From contig CM059433.1 of the NCBI GenBank assembly GCA_030390025.1, positions 3,410,001 through 3,474,000 of the forward strand: DNA of 64,000 nt. The letters are read 5' to 3'. Positions 62,791-64,000 of the stretch are shown in pieces. Numbering within the stretch: the stretch's first letter is position 1; each line of letters opens with the position of its first letter. Source of the stretch: Squalus acanthias. Its lineage: Eukaryota. The notes below the pieces were generated by a model. It searched no databases and had not been told where the DNA came from. It worked only from the letters and a program-made list of their open reading frames with translations. A program made the translations under genes and the position numbers.

Positions 62791-63876
62791 TTATCTTCCT
62801 CTTACGCATGCTCCTACGTGGTGCTTCCCCGTGGCTTCAGCAGATGTGGAGGCCCCTTGCTCACTCTCTTGCTGCTCCTGCCTCGACACCTTTGGCGGGC
62901 GTCCTCTGGGGTTGCAAACCTGTGAGGGCTTGGCAACAGTCTGCTGCTCCTGCGGCTGTGCAGGGGCTGAGACGCCGATCTCAGTTGGGTGAGGACTCTG
63001 GTAGGGCTCTGACCGAGGGCTCTGCAGTGGCATGGCTTGGAGAGGAGCCCCCACTTCCTTGTTCTCTGCCACCAACATCCCTCTCATGGGTCAGCCTTAC
63101 TTCAGAGCTAGCAAGTGGCTTGACAGGACCTTGCTGCACTTCAGGGGGGCCATGAGGACCCGTTTCTGCACTGGAAGTCCTACTCCAGAGGACTTCCATG
63201 AAGGTTTGGTTTCTCTGCTCAATAGCTGACCATCACTCCTCAAGAGATTTCATTCTATTCTGAACAATGACCATGTTTTCAATACCCTGGCGACTAAGCT
63301 CCTCCATGGCCGTGGCCATCCTCTTCTCTACCATAGCCATCCTCTCCTCTACAGTAGCCAGCCTTACCATGGAGGTAGCCATCCTTTCCACGGAGGTTGC
63401 CATCCTTTCCGTGGTGATGCCTTCATGCGCCAACGCGTCCACAAAGGCTCTGCTCATGTTAGCGATGGACTCCTCCATTCGCTCCACAGTCGCAGCGACC
63501 CCGGAGACAAAACCTGCCAGAGACTCCTGCACCTGTTCCTGGAGTTCCAGCACCGCTCTCCTTCTGGATGGACCCAGAGGCACAGGGTCGACATGCAGCG
63601 GAGCCGAGCTGGGAGAGTCCTGCTCCCTCCGTCTAGGACTCTCCACTGCTGTCCCTGTCTCCACCATCTGCTGATGCTCACTTGTGAGCTGTGATACACC
63701 AGGTGACAACTCTACTCTATCTCGTGAAGGTCCCACCGAGGTGTGAATGTCTGCGCTGGTGCTGGGTGAGCTTAATTCTGCTGACGCTGCGCCCTCAGAG
63801 GTTGCAGCTTCCTCTGAGGAGTCTGGGGGCTCAGGCTGTTCCTCCTGGACAGTGGGGAGAGGGGCTGTTGATGGTC
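62791..63876 (-). pseudogene. Last exon of the Harbinger accessory (Myb-type) gene with heptad repeats
   Basis: Acceptor ctctttcctttaatcccccacag| at 63877; ERMEESIANM resembles SMEESGTNI of element 1; terminal RGRPPK. Confidence 0.7.
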
Positions 63877-64000
63877 CTGTGGGGGATTAAAGGAAAGAGT
63901 TAGACATATGAGATAAATGTTGCATGCACATGGAATTGTGCAGATGATCATAAGTCAATCTGTTAGAGCATCAGAATCAATATCAGTCACTCATGCAATG

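Larger units (their letters stand above)
60766..64000. mobile_element. Second PIF/Harbinger transposon (right end outside the window)
   Basis: Left terminus gggctcgattttgcc; transposase on +, accessory gene exon on -. Confidence 0.92.

Overview
Eukaryotic, repeat-dense, apparently intronic or intergenic DNA. The repeat families suggest a cartilaginous fish (inference). I recognise no host protein-coding gene. The window holds many CR1 LINE fragments (one with an uninterrupted 508-aa RT ORF), a second CR1/L2-group LINE family with a SINE sharing both its ends, L2 fragments, DeuSINE-like SINEs and a probable solo LTR. It also holds two PIF/Harbinger transposons (DDE transposase plus a convergent, intron-containing Myb/SANT gene), about a dozen Harbinger-type MITEs and two Penelope-like families. 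The most notable signal is a ~210-bp palindromic element present twice (44101-44313, 56905-57111). Each copy has a ~14-bp target-site duplication and consists of two inverted Penelope pLTR arms carrying minimal hammerhead-ribozyme cores. A third single arm (37274-37397) is attached to a GIY-YIG endonuclease C-terminus, which identifies the parent family. Boundaries of decayed repeats are approximate and read by eye.
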